A stretch of DNA of 64,000 bases. It comes from Marsupella aquatica. Taxonomy: Eukaryota; Plantae; Marchantiophyta. The stretch is from assembly GCA_973895155.1 (NCBI GenBank), contig OZ316898.1:18032752-18096751 (forward strand), given 5' to 3'. This document shows positions 1 through 13,285 of the stretch, piece by piece. The notes below the pieces were generated by a model. That model made no database searches, was not told the DNA's origin, and was given only the letters and a program-made list of their open reading frames with translations. A program made the translations under genes and the position numbers. Positions within the stretch are counted from its first letter, which is position 1. The number at the start of each line of letters is the position of its first letter.

Positions 1-377
1 TGGGCACATCACCATCAAGAACTTAAATAGATGTAATACATCACCGCATTTCAGAATCTATTGTTACACCTTTCAAGATTCAACATTCTAAAGCTTTACT
101 TTTTTATATTCTTGTCATAGTGCAATGGTACAAAGAAGGAGTTAGACTTGAAAACTAAATCCTGACTCTAAACATCTAAGGGGTTTTCCTTTATATAGTT
201 TAGAAAGATGTGGATGAAGAGACACACCGCTTCACCTAAAATATCCTAAAGTATGGCAAATTGCCTAAGTCCATTAAATTCTCTTGCTCAAACTATAGCA
301 TTGGTTCCTCAATTAAATGATCAATGGTCCTCTCTACGGGTACCGTATCATCCCAACTCTAAGTAGAATCAGAAGGA

Positions 378-672
378 TAGGCCCAAATAGGCCATCCGAG
401 AAGGACTTAGCGAGGCACCAGGCTGGTGTCACGCAATTAGGACTTAGACTAGCTGAGGGCTGGTCGGGTCAAGGGGAAAAGGGCCGGGCTCATGGTCGAT
501 TGTCCGGACCCTCGAACAGACTTTGCGTTCTAAGGGCTTGAGTCAGAGCTCATCTTGGGCCCAAGGCCAATGGAGTTGAAGCCATGGGCAATGGACGCTT
601 GGGGCACGAGTTATGGCCCGATCCGGGTTTGGCCGATCGGGGGCCCTAAGCGGCAATGAGATCTGAGGGCCC
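378..672 (+). repeat. Internal fragment of the Ty3/gypsy LTR (third, partial copy)
   Basis: Nearly identical to 2796-3089, e.g. caattaggacttagactagctgagg...gagatctgagggcc; joined directly to pol remnants. Confidence 0.85.
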
Positions 673-2287
673 CATCATCTTGTCAATGGGATCACGATGC
701 TCAAATCCGAGTGGCCAAAGGTTCTGGCCGAGGCGAATAGGGATGACAGGTTAGCCAAGGAATGACAAAGTAATGGGGTAGCCAAGGCAAGGTGAGACAC
801 GTTTCATTGGGGTTGGATACCGCGCATAATGTCCAGTTATGGCAATACAAGCATAGGAGTGTGTACATCCCAAAGTCTCTAAGATTAGAGGTTCTACAAA
901 AGTACCACGACTCGCCCTTGGGAGGGCATGGCGGACAAGCTGCTACATATTGCAGCATGTCACGAGATGTGTATTGGCCAAACATGAAGCAATCAGTTCT
1001 TCGCCATGTGCAAAGTTATTACTCGTGCCAAAAGAACCGAACGGTCTAAAGGGCAAAAAGAGGACTTTTGCAACCCTTACCAGTAGTTGCGGCTCCATGG
1101 GAGTCCATCTCGTCCATGGACTTCATTGTGGGGTTACCTGATTCCCATGATAATAACTCCATCTTAACAATCGTGGATCATTTTTCCAAGATGACGTATT
1201 TTTTGTCGACTACAAAAATGGTTTTGGCCCGAGAGGTTGCCGGTCTAGTTTTTGACAATGTCTTCTGACAATTGGGATTGTCGTACGTTGCATATCCTGT
1301 CCAACTATGATACCAAGTTCACGTGCCATTTCTGGAAGTTGTTGTTTTGATTATCCAGAACATACCTTACTAGGGGATCAACGTATCATCATGAGACGGA
1401 TCGATGGCCAAATGGAATGGGTGAATGATATTATGGAGGACTACTTGCATCACTTTGTGACGGCCAATCAAAAGGAAAGGGCAAAGCACTTAACAATGGT
1501 CAAGTTTAGGTATAACTCGACCAAGCATTCAACGATGAGGTTTGTGACGTTTGTTTTGGCCATAGGGAGGATGCCAAGGGCGCCCTCCTAGTTCATAAAT
1601 CCGGAAGCTTGGTGGACAAAAAGCAAGGTTCTTTCTGCGAATAATTTTATTTGAGAGCGACACCTAGTTGTGGAAGCAGCTACCAAGGGTATGACCCTTG
1701 GCCAAAGTTGGTACAAGGAGCAAGGGGATAAACATTAACGCCAGGTAAGTTTTAAATTTGAAGTATCAAGGGAAGAGAAAGAAATCTTATATAACAACTT
1801 TGAGACGTATTAGTAAATCGGTAAGCTTTGAAATTGGGGAGAGCGTTTGGTTGCAATTGAGGCCTGAGTAATACCACGGGAACATAAGTACGAAGCTGGC
1901 TCCTAGATATGCGGGGCCCTATTGCATCATACGATGAGCCCACAAGGATAATCTGTTTTTGGTGGTGTTGGAGGCACCCAAGGAAATGGGCATAGGCAAA
2001 AGTTTCCATGTTAGCCAACTTAAGAAATTTGTCAAGACAATGATCCCACCCGGGATCAGGTCTTGCATCCGGACACCATGCTGGTGGAGGACGCTGAGGA
2101 GTTTGAAGTGGAGGCAATTCTGGACCACCGTTACAAACACAAGTTAGGAAGGCAAATCTTAGAGTATTTGGTGAAGTGGGTTGGCTATGATCAGGCCGAG
2201 AGTTCTTGGGAACCGGAAGAAAATTTGGGCAATGCCCTAGAGATCCTTGGAAACTATCGTAAGCAAAGCGGCCCACCGCCATTGTGA
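673..2287 (+). mobile_element. Degenerate Ty3/gypsy (chromovirus) pol 3' end: integrase plus chromodomain
   Basis: Frameshifted pieces: HHCC region (HDSPLGGHGG..YWPNM..SCQ, 792-1049), rve core (PWESISSMDFIVGLP...VDHFSKM, 1068-1268; DGQMEWVN, 1307-1591), FHVSQLK (1959-2147), chromodomain EEFEVEAILDHR...EYLVKWVGYDQAESSWEPEENL (2063-2287). Confidence 0.95.
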
Positions 2288-2710
2288 ACTAGTACACGCA
2301 ACTGTAGCTACCTTTGTGAGTTGTATCTTAGTTTCACTCCTCTCGGCCTCTTGAGAATAAAGTTGGATTGCGTGGGTGCTAGAGGTTGTTAGGCGGCCGA
2401 TTTGTATTTTGCGAGTGAAATTTGATGGTGCTCGCCTCACATCTGTGGGCGGGCCGGTTTGAACTAAAGGGGAGTACCCCATGGGGAGAACAATGGGTTC
2501 GACAAGTCTGGAGTTAGCTTACCCATTTGGATTGGCATCCTACTTGGATAAGTGGGATAGGTTGGAATTTCCTAAGTCTGGAATGCGCATACCAACCTAG
2601 TTTGCATCAGCCTTATGGGCAAATCATTTGTTACCTCATAAATTTTTAAGACCTAAAGTGGTCTAGGCTGCTGGAACGTTTACTTAGGTCCCACAAACAT
2701 GACCATTTTT

Positions 2711-2719
2711 AAGGGGGGG
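2711..2719 (+). promoter_or_regulatory. Polypurine tract of the chromovirus
   Basis: AAGGGGGGG just upstream of the 3' LTR and downstream of integrase. Confidence 0.75.
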
Positions 2720-2723
2720 TGCA

Positions 2724-4167
2724 AGTCGCGGAACACAACTACCTTAACACTTAGCTCCGGCGTTGCTGACTTTGACGTCGAGCTCCCTTATGGTATAGGC
2801 CATCCGGGGAGACTTGTGGGCAATGGGACGTGGCGCTGGCTAGTGTCATGCAATTAGGACTTAGACTAGCTGAGGGTTGGTCGGGTCAAGGGGAAAAGGG
2901 TCGGGCTCATGGATGATCCTCCAGACCCCCGGACGTACTTTGAGTTCTGAGGGCTTGACTGAGAGCTCATCTTGGGCCCAAGGCCAATGGAGTTGAAGCC
3001 ATGGGCAACGGACGCTTGGGGCACAAGTTATGGCCCGATCCGGGTTTGGCCGATCAAGGGCCCTAAGCGGTGAAGAGATCTGAGGGCCTAGGCATGAGCA
3101 CTGGGTTGGCCCGATTGCAACGGGCTAAGGCACTCCGCTTGCGGACGCCTAACTAGGAAGTTATGAGCATTGCCAATTAGTGGTGCGCCGAGAGGGTCCA
3201 AGTTGGGGGCCAAAAGTTTGGGGACCAAAGTTGGTCCGGGGGTGGCAGGTCTCCAGAAACATATATAAGGGGAGTGGTGTCTCCCTGGGGGCTAAGGGCG
3301 AGCCGAAGTCGTGAGCCGCGGCGATCGCGACACTAAAGGAAAACATCAAACAAAAATGACGATAACTTCCCAACGAGAAGTCCGTTGGGGGACTTCTTGG
3401 GTGCATTGGAAAGATCTCAAGGAGGGCTACATCCTCCTGATCTCAGCTGGGTCTGGAGGCACTATAGGTTCTCAAGGTTTGTAGGTGCTATCTCACCCGC
3501 TTGCCAAATCATGCCGAAACAACAGCCAAGCCGCGTTCAGTCTCTCAAGGGAGCTGGCATTGGGGAGGCAAGGCCAAGTAGGCATGGAGGTTGAGTTCCA
3601 AGGGCACTTGGCCCCTAGACCATGAGTGAGGCAAGAACCGAGAGTTGGTTGCTAAAGTCGGGGCCATTCTGGTCCCGACGTGTAGGGACAAGCTTGGGGC
3701 AAGCTTTAGGACAAGCTACGCTATTTGGGCCATGTGCATGTCTTGGGAGCAGGGCGGTCAGTTGGTGATGGATAGGTACGAGGAGGAACCCGGGCTGCGC
3801 CCTAGGAAGGAGCTGTTCTGGACAAACAGTGGGCGTCAAATCTGGCTCCGACTTATGGCATCGGGAGGCTAGGACCTATCGCTGACCTACTTACCAATGT
3901 TTGTTGAGCTTGAGTTAGGATGCTAGACTTGGGAGATCTAGATCCTGAAGGGTTACTTAAATCGAGACGTTGGGTTGCTTGTGTAGACAGTGAGGACCGT
4001 TGAGTAGCGGTCGTGGTAGAGCCCGGCAAGTGTAGCTTCATATGGGAGGGGCCGCTGGTGGTGCAAGGGGCACTAAGTTGCTTGCTTGTGGTATTCCATG
4101 GAGGCTTCGGGCACTTAGGCGTGGGTGCTGGGATTGGTGAGGGCGTTGGGTGGCAAGGTCCACCACT
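2724..4167 (+). mobile_element. 3' LTR (~1.44 kb) of the chromovirus
   Basis: Follows the PPT; colinear along its length with the reverse complement of 9337-10794; TATA-like acatatataagg near 3260; shared ends AGT...ACT. Confidence 0.9.
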
Positions 4168-4500
4168 CAAATTTACATTCTTGAATAACCCTTCGAGCGA
4201 TGCTACAACAGTGATGGCAATAGTTAACGTGATATATTTGCTTGGGTCTATCAAGATGGAAAATTGGATTCAGGAATTCAAGCCATCTATGTACATTAGG
4301 ATCAATACAATTATGTTCAATCTTCCATCCCTCTTTGCGCTTCCTATCCTCTAAATTGAAATACTTATCAGCAGCATTAGAAAAAGGGTTATTGGGATCA
4401 CACCAGCCATGTCCCGATACTCGTAAAGAATAACCTTGGCAATAAGCATTGTAGTCCAATTTAGAGGTTGAGCACGAATAGAACCCTTCACTCTTGTCGC
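4168..4500 (-). pseudogene. Truncated ORF remnant, probably TE-derived, cut by the LTR
   Basis: Protein-like frame (KEGWKIEHNCIDPNVHRWLEFLNPIFHLDRPKQI) that runs into the LTR end; family not identified. Confidence 0.3.
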
Positions 4501-4579
4501 ACGCGTTGTTGGGAGCAAATCAGTAATCAAACTTGAATTACTCACATTCTAGGGTAAGCGAAGGAAGGAGAGAAGCTCA

Positions 4580-6370
4580 CAGTACCTTCAATTGGGTTTG
4601 TGAAGATTTGAGCCTCTCAGTGAACACCATTATGATATGGAGTATAAATTATGGTGAAATGACAAGTTATCCTCTTTTTTGCACAAAGTGCTTTAAATTC
4701 CACTAATTAAAGTGTACTCCCCACTTGCTATTTGACCATAGACTTTTCACCCTTGTATCCAAGTTCATTTAATCGTGTCTCCACTCTAATTCCCCATCTG
4801 AGTCTTCTACTTCTAAATAATGGACAAGACATCAAACTTATGCGTCATAAAATAAATTCACACAAATCTTGAATAATTGTAAAAAAAAGGAAATATAGTG
4901 GAAGGGAAATATAGTCAAGGATGGACCCCATACATCACTGTATATCCTCAATAATTGATTTTGAATGAGTTCCAATACCAAAAGCGCACACGCCTATGTT
5001 GCGTTTTAAAATGCAATGTTCACAAAAATCTAATTGTATGATTGCAAGTAAACAATGATTGCATTCTTCCTCAAGATAGCCGAACCCTTCTCATTTATGT
5101 GGCCTAGTTGTGAATGTTAATATTGAGTCATTTTTATGAGATTTAGTTACATTGGCTTCTCCACATATCATAATATTGCCGTGTAGCACATACAAATTCT
5201 TCTGTCACCTTCCCTTTAAAATCATTATGTCTCTTGACATGACTTGAAATTCACCATTAATTACTCGTCATTAATCAATATTTGCATCCAACATATGAGG
5301 GAAATCAGATTTTTATGCATGCAGCCAGATACGTACCTAAATCCAAAACTTATGCGCATAGTGTCATCAAATATTTGAATCTTAAGAGACCCAATACCCT
5401 TAACTTGATAAAACTTGTGAATGTAGCAAACGTGAAAAAAAAATACAGTCAAGAATACACACATCATTAGCTTTCCTTGATAAGTCTTGATAAGTGCATC
5501 TAGGGCACCTTTATTTCACAAAGCATACTCATCATTGAGTAAATTAGCTTCTCCATCAGCCCTAGCCACATATGGCTAATCGGCCGGGTGGTTGACAAAG
5601 ATTTATTCAATTGTCGCACCTTACTATCCCTCTTCATGTGACCAACCTTGCCACACTTCTAGCATACCATCAACTTCCTCTCCTAGTACTTCCTCTTGGA
5701 AGCAAATTTTGTCCTAGATTACTTTAATCCATGTCATTTATGTGTTGCTGTAACCTCATACAATTCACATTCAAGGCAATACTAGACAACAACAATGGTT
5801 GACAAAGCGAGCATGGTCAATTTTTGCTGCAAGCTATTAGTCAATAGAGCACTTACAACCTTGTTGTCAATGATGGTTTTTTTGTCATGGTGAAACAACA
5901 CTTGCAAAAATAGCTAATATGATGAGGGCAAAGAACTGAGCAAGTGAAGAGATTGTCACTCATCACTTAAATTCTACTCTTGATTTTGCAAGTCAATGAC
6001 CAAGCCGTTGAAACCATCGATAATGGGTTTGAATCTTTGCATTGCTATCGGGATTGCTATCTTTCATCTTGAAGCTCATCAACGTTCAGGACAACTTGTA
6101 GAGCCAATTCAATAGCTCCTTCAGATGGTATTTCTGCTGCAATGTCGCAAATAATGTTGCACAATTGGCATGGTCTGCCAATTGCTTGATGATATTGGCT
6201 ATAAATAGAGCATCATCGTGCTCACAACCTGATTTTGCATGTCCTTGTCGGTCATCACTATCAACGTTGCTCGGTTGATCCTTCAATAGCTTAAGTACCA
6301 ATCCTTGTAGCATGGAGTACCCCCTTCACTTGTTGCTCCCACAACAAGTACTCCATACAACCATTGTATT
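4580..6370 (-). mobile_element. Degenerate Ty1/copia remnant (gag, zinc knuckle, protease, integrase)
   Basis: Minus strand in copia order: gag-like 6086-6313, decayed knuckle KCGKVGHMKRD ~5625-5668, RYV...KNLIS ~5300-5340, DVWGP ~4925, EFKALCAKKRITCHFTIIYTPYHNGV ~4625-4700; many stops and frameshifts. Confidence 0.8.
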
Positions 6371-8419
6371 TTGTAACCTCAAACTTAATTTGGGTCGCCA
6401 AGATTAATCGGCCCCATCCTGCTTGCCACTGACCGTAGTATCAGTGACCACAATTTTTCTAGCTCTTCCTCTTCCTCTCGCTCTTCCTCCTTAGACCGTT
6501 GCGGTTCTTCAGGGTCAAAGTCCTCGTTGACAATGAACCCTCCTCCAAAGTACTCTTGTGAGAAATCAAGATAAAACAATGTTTTCTCAATTTATTAAAA
6601 AATTAAAATTAGTCCGTGGACGACGCCTTGTTGATCCAAGGAATGGGTGTGTAATCAAGTAATGTTTTTTTTGGAACAAAGAATTGAATTTTTAATTTAT
6701 GCAAAATAGTTTTTTGATACATGAAGCTGGAATCCTGATCTACCTAAGAGTGCCTAAGTCCCCTCTAGGTGGCATTGTACTTGCACTTCAAAGAAGCGCC
6801 CACTGTCGCAATGTCATCCCTGTTTGGAGCATATTTGTTTTGCAGACACAACCTCTAATGATTGTCGTTGTTCTGGATATTGGAAGTGAAAATAAAGTGC
6901 TATTGGATACAGATAGATGGGAATGGTTGAATGTAGAGTAGTGTCTATAGTAGGTAGTGAAAATGCGTGCTTTGCAGCGGACAAGGTAGACTGAGGTTGG
7001 GACTGAGGTATGAAATCCATATATGTAAAGGCTGAAAATACCTTTGTATTCAATCATCTCATCTTTCCACTAAAATACTACAATTCGATGTCCAACCAAA
7101 CATGTCACAACCTACTTCTTACCGAAGATTATCAATGTTACTATGTTTGGGAGACATTTGGCTCATCTTGAAGCTTTCCATTGAATAATTTGAGAGCCGA
7201 CAAGAGAAAAATTAAGTTGTCCAGATAGACTGTTCATTTGCAACTTTTTTTGTGTAAGTTTACAATGTCGGGTCAAAATGGTGCACCGTACACAAATATT
7301 AAGCAAAGTCTATCTACCCATGAAGCCTCAATCTACCTTATTCTCTCACAAGTAAAAAACTAAGAGCTTACGTCCTTGCAATTGGAACCCAATAAAGTAT
7401 TGAGCTTCTTTCAACCCTTAGTGATAAGTAAGAGCTAAGATTTTCATTTGGGGGAATTGATCTACCCTAAAACCCTCACAAATTCCTCTCTCCAATCTTC
7501 ATCTTCAAGCTGTTAAATTTTGTGCCCTCCTCTTAAGTTATCTATAGTAAGTTTGAAAGCTTAACTATAATCCCTGATATGACCTTCTTTGTCATCTTCA
7601 ATGGAAAGGCACATCCAATTTGAATGTAGAGAGATATTTTGGAGTGGTACTATTTACAGATGGGTGATTTTATTTCCAAAATTTATGTGCCTCAGGTGTC
7701 CAATAAGCATGACAACAACATTCGGGGTAAATATGTTGAGTGTATGGACCTGATAATGTGACGTATTTGAAGGCCGCTTCAGTAGAACAAACAACAACAC
7801 CCATCCAAAAAAGAGACTTTGATCTGCCTCGTAAGCTTCTCCCTCACAACATCATATCCTCCAGTTCTTTGGTGTAATCTGGTAGCTGCAAATCATGAGC
7901 AAGGCAGTCTGCTTAGGAAATGCTCAACCTTCTCAAATTGCAATCCTAACCTACACCTCAATTTTGTAGAGAGTTGAAGATAGCTCAAAACAGAACTTTG
8001 AGCTACAAGTAAAGTAGCTATATTCTAGCACGTCGGTAAACCTGTGCATACTATCCGTCTATTGAACACAATAAACCTGTACTATATTCATGAGTGCAAA
8101 AAAACAAAATTAAGATTGTAACAAATTTGGCAACCGTTTTCTTTTTCAGTTGCCAAAGTTGAGAGTTTATTTTATATTTCAAAATTCAAAAAAGAATGGA
8201 AGCACAATTTATAAATGATTACTTTTGATATGACAAAAATGCAAATGTTCAAAAAATGGTTATGTTAAAGAGAAGATCCATCTCATCCTTAGTATTTTGT
8301 TACTTTTATTACTGCTTTGACTCTTAGTTTTGACAGCATGGCACACTTTATGTTACGACAAAACCGAGCCAAACACGACTGGGGGTAGTTAATATTTCTC
8401 ACAAACATGTCTACGTCCG

Positions 8420-8475
8420 TGCTGATGCTCATGTGCTAGAGAATTTGCAAGAGACCCCTCATTGGGGTCCGTAAC
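8420..8475 (+). repeat. Short dispersed repeat shared with 31185-31246
   Basis: gctgatg...tgctag(a/g)gaattt..gcaa..ga(c/t)ccct.at.ggggtccgtaa occurs at both sites. Confidence 0.55.
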
Positions 8476-9127
8476 TAATCGCCACAGCATAGCCCACAAG
8501 CTTAGCTATCCAATGCTAAAATCAAAATCAAAACCAAAACTTGACAAAAACTTTATTCACTTTTGGTTGGGGTGGGTAAAACTTGGAATTCTACCCCGTT
8601 TTGACCACCTCAAGGAGAACCAAAATGCAAACAAGAACCCAACATTGGAAAAGCAATTCGATTGATGCATTGTGTTGCCAACTCCAATGGTTACCACCTT
8701 GCCAAAGACAAACAAAAAAATTACCATTTTCCAGACAAAATCTTTGGAGGGCTGCCAAAAATAGCTCTTTGTTTTTTGAGAATATTCTCACACAGTTAAG
8801 TAAAGCTCACAAGGGGCTGTTCCCATTGTCCAAGAGGTTGAATTGGTGGGTGACCGGGCGCAGGACTAGCAACAACCAATGGGGAGGCAAGGAAAAACAT
8901 TTAAAGATGGGCTTAAAGGGGTTTAAAGGCCCCTAAGGAAAACATTAGGCACAAAAGGGGCGGCCCGGGTCGTAGGGGTACAAGTGGGGGTGAGGAGGGC
9001 AGCTGCACACGCAGCGGCATACATATACAAGCAAACCTGGGGCCAAAAAGAAGTGAGTCGCAAGCTGCAACATTGAAGCTGCCAAAAGCAGTTGTTGGCC
9101 TTGATAAGCTTGCATGGGGGAAAACCT

Positions 9128-10890
9128 CGGGGGCCTCAATCCAAGGGTTGTCCCATATCACGCTTGAAGTTTTGGGAGAATAAACACCCTAAAAGTTAAG
9201 TCAATAAAGGTTTTTTTAGGAATTTTTTACCCCTAACTTAATGGAATATTCCAAGAATATTCCCATATTTGATTAAAAAACCCTATGATTCTTATAATTC
9301 TTAAAATTGGATTAAAATAACCCTAATGTTCTTCAAAGTGGTGGACCTTGGTACCCAGCGCCCTCATTGATCCCGACACGCACGCTGAAGTGCCCTTGGT
9401 GCTCGAACGCCTCCACGAAATACCTCGAGCAAGCAACCTAATGCCCCCTTGCACTACCAGTGGCCCCTCCCATGCGAAGCCGCACTTGCTCTCTAGCACG
9501 ACCGCTACTCAACGGTCCTCACAGTCTGCACAAGCAACCAAGCACCTCAATAAGTAACCCTTCAGGATCTAGAACTCCCAAGTCTAGTATCCTAACTCAA
9601 GCTCAATAGACGTTGGTAAATAGGTCAGTGATAGGTCCTCCCGATGCCATAAGCTAGAACCAGAACCCACACCCACTGTTTGTCCAGAACAGCTCCTTCC
9701 TTGGGTGCGGCCCGGGTTCCCCCTCGTACCTATCCATCACCTACTGACCGCCCTCACCCCAGGATATGCTCATGGCCCAAATAGCGTAGCTTATCCTAAA
9801 GCTTGTCCCAAGCTTGTCTCAACACGCCGGGACCAAAATGATCCCGACTCTAGCAACCAACTCCCGGTTCACTCCACTGATGGTCTAGGGGCCAAGCACC
9901 CTGGGAACTCAACCTCCACGCCTACTTGGCCTTGCCTCCCAAACGCAAGCTCCCTTAGGAGACTGAACGCGGCTTGGTTGCTGTTTCAGCAGGATTTGGC
10001 AAGCGGGCGAGCTAACACTCGCAAACCTCGAGAACCCCTGACATCCCCAGACCCAGTTGAGATCAGGAGGACGTAGCCCTCTTTGAGAGATTTCTAACGC
10101 ACCCAAGAAGTCCTCCAACGGACTTCCCGTTGGGAAGTTATCGCCGGTTCCGTTTGACGCTTTCCCTTAGTGTCGCGACCACCGCGACTCATGATTTCGG
10201 CTCGCCCTTAGCCCCCAGGGTGACACCACTCCCCTCATATATGCTTCTGGAGACCTGCCACCCCTAGACCAGCTTTGGTCCCTAAACGTTGGGCCTCCAA
10301 CCCAGATCCTATCGCGCATATTGGGAGCGCCACCAACTAGCAACGCCCATAACTTTCTTGTTAGGCATCTGCAAACGGAGTGCTTTAGCCCGTTGTGATC
10401 GGGCTGACCCAGTGCTCATGCCTAGGCCCTCAGGTCTCATCGTTGCGCGGGGTCCCCGATCGGCCAAACCCGGATATCAACTCCATTGACCTTGGGCCCA
10501 AGAGGAGCTCACACTCAAGCCCTCAGAACTCAAAGTCCGTCTGAGGGTCTCGACGGTCGACCTTGAGCCAGGCCCCTTTTCCCCCTTGACCCGACCAGCT
10601 CTCAGCTAGCCTAAGTCCTTAGTGTGTGTCACCCGCTTGGCTCCTTGCCTTCGCTAGTGCCACGTCTCATTGCCCACAAGTCTCCTCATCTAAGTCCTCC
10701 TCGGATGGCCTTTCCGGGCCTGGACCATAAGGGAGCTTGGCATCGGAGTCAGCGACGCCGGACCTAAGTGTTAAGGTAGTCGAGTTCCGCAACTTTCAAC
10801 AAAAATTTAAAAGTATTTCACTAAACCCAATAAAAAACCCTATACTTATTCGCATATGATGGGTCGAAAGAAAATAAGTGAGGACACCGA
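9128..10890 (+). repeat. ~300-bp dispersed repeat (family A), split by the solo LTR
   Basis: 9128-9336 plus 10800-10890 rejoin to match uninterrupted copies at ~48585-48890 (-) and ~60405-60655 (+). Confidence 0.85.
9337..10794 (-). mobile_element. Solo LTR (1458 bp), same chromovirus family, TTCAA target-site duplication
   Basis: Reverse complement of 2724-4167; TTCAA at 9332-9336 and 10795-10799; no internal coding sequence. Confidence 0.9.
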
Positions 10891-12021
10891 GGGGAAAACG
10901 GGGCTGTGGGGCGGGTGGGACAAAATGGGAGGATGGGGGCAAAGAATTGCGTGTCGGCCGAAGTTGTGCAAGTCATTGGAGCCATGTTGCTACAACATAT
11001 GTGGGCGGAGGGGGGGGGTTCAATGTCAAGGCAGGAGGGGGTGAATTTGTACACATACACACCAAAGGGCTAAGAACACCCCTTTTAAACCAAACTTTTT
11101 GCTTTAAAAAAATGATTGTGTTACAAACCCTGTTGCTACCATTCTGAACAAGAAAAGTGCCAAGTGATGACGGGAAGAAGTTGTCACCGGCACCCTCAAC
11201 AACACCAACAGAGGAAAATAAATCCGTCGTCTGACTCTCTCTCACCGTCAAGTGCCAATCCATGACTTAAAATGATCGTCTTGCCATGATGTCTCCGTTG
11301 AGCCGTAGCATTTGATTCATGTTTCTTCCTCTGAGTTGAACGCAACGACAAGAAACCTATTCAGGAAAAAATAGACTCGGTCCATGGCCTATCAAAAACC
11401 AGAAATCATGTTTTGCTTGTTGCGTCGCACTCGTTATGCAAATGTCAGCAAACCAGGTACTGAAACGACCACCTCGTCTTGATAAACACACTGAGCTATA
11501 GATGATCGGGATTGAAAGTACATGATAGAAGGTGTAAATGGGTAGGGAGAGTTAGGCAAGAGCTATGTCAAGAGTTGGAGCCTGAGCCAGATAGAGGCTA
11601 ATTTAGATGTGAGGGCAGGTTGGGCAAAGGTGTTGAGCAGACACAATTTGATTGACCCCCTTTCCCTCCCCTTTCTTACCCGCGTCCCCTTCCTTACTCT
11701 CACATCTGCTACAATCCAGCCACAATAATGACATGACCACAAGGATAATTGGGCAATGCACAAACATTGGATTGGTATCAGGCATTGGGCTACCGTATAA
11801 TTAATCAAATCACTTCTCCAATACCAGGTCCTTAGTATTTCCAGCAATCCAGCCACTACCAAAATTCATGTCTTTAATTCCAGGTGATCATTAATTTCCC
11901 ACAAGGATTTTTATTTCTTACATGAGAAAAAATGGTTGTCTTAAGTTCCCTCCAGGAATAGTGTGGGATGAGAATCTAAGAATTGGAGAGGTTTGGCATT
12001 GCTTTGACTCCTTTGATTGTA

Positions 12022-12215
12022 CTCTATGCGCACTGCAATCATGCATAATGGTTGAATGGCTTCGATAAATAGAACCTGTCCTCTATGCGCACGGCAATCA
12101 TGCACAATGATTGAATGCCTAGAATGTTTGAATGCGTTTGATAGAATGATATAATCTCTCCCTTTTGCGCACTGCAATCATGCAGAATGTTTGGTGCCTT
12201 TGATGGATATAATAA
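12022..12215. repeat. Three degenerate tandem units (~60-80 bp)
   Basis: tgcgcac(t/g)gcaatcatgca recurs at ~12027, 12086 and 12166. Confidence 0.75.
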
Positions 12216-13285
12216 GTGAGTACCTTGCCCCTCTTGAATGAGTGTGACGAGTACTGTAAAAAGGAATGTGGGCAGACTGATTGTGGGTTTTCTGGGCCAT
12301 CATGTTCCGTAAAAAGGTAATTTTGATGATGTGTAAAGCTCAAGCTTCCATGAAGAAGAACTCGGAAGCCGGAACAATCGAATACAGTCGAACCCATCGC
12401 CCCTCATCCCCGGCCAGCATTTATTAGTGACACATTGATGTACCCTCCTCTCGCCCCCCAACATTTAATGTCCGTTTCACTCAAGAAGCTGGCAACGTCC
12501 GTTTGAGTTTTTTGTTCATCATTTTGAGCCGTGTCTTTGATTGCTGTGTTCAGAATCACTGTTCACAACCACTGCTATTGCCCCCACCTTCATAGAATTT
12601 TACATTGTGTTCTAATGTTCTGACTGGCAGGGGCTGTGAGAAGCAGCAGAAGGGAGGCAAGGAGTTGACCAGGGGAGTGATAGAGGAAGAAGAAGGGGTA
12701 AGAAAGAGACTCTCTTTTCCTTGACTGTATGGGTTTTAGGATGGCAGGGCCTCTCTTCCACTCTAGCACGGATAAAATTTGCTTTGGGGGAGAGACACTG
12801 AGATCTCTGCGGTGATCGTTCTGTCAGTAATGTTTAGGGTAATAGAGCACCCTATAACCTGCGCGGTGGGATCCAGCAGAGCCGAGAAATACTGGGCTTG
12901 GCAGCATCAAGCTCTTTTTCGAGAATGATGTCCAATTGGACTCTGCTCCAATTGCAGAATTACTGACCTATTTGAGCTGGGCAAGGGACAATAGCCTTTA
13001 GGTTTAGTACTGTAGATCTCCAAGGAGAATCCAAAGAGGTGGGCAAATTGGACGATTGCAGAAGGGCTGAGCAAGGAGAGTAAAAACAGCAAATTTCGGT
13101 GTTTAGTAGATCTGCAGAAAGAGTGGGTCAGGTGATTTGGTTTCAGAGTCCCAGTTGCAGAACTGCTGACGAAGACTCAAGGAGAAGAGAAGGAGCAAAC
13201 TTGTACAGTTTAGCGAAAAGATTGTCGGGGACTGGGTGAATTGGGTGGTTCCTTTGGAATTTGGAGGAGGAGGAGAGAGACAGAG

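Noticed and set aside
3161-4167. ORFs inside the LTR, mirrored at 9348-10489
   Set aside because: Overlapping GC-rich chance frames, not kept intact between the two LTR copies.
9333-10798. Canonical TG...CA boundaries for the solo LTR
   Set aside because: Needs a mutated end, gives no TSD (GTTCT vs ACAAA) and implies a target deletion relative to two empty-site copies; not fully excluded.
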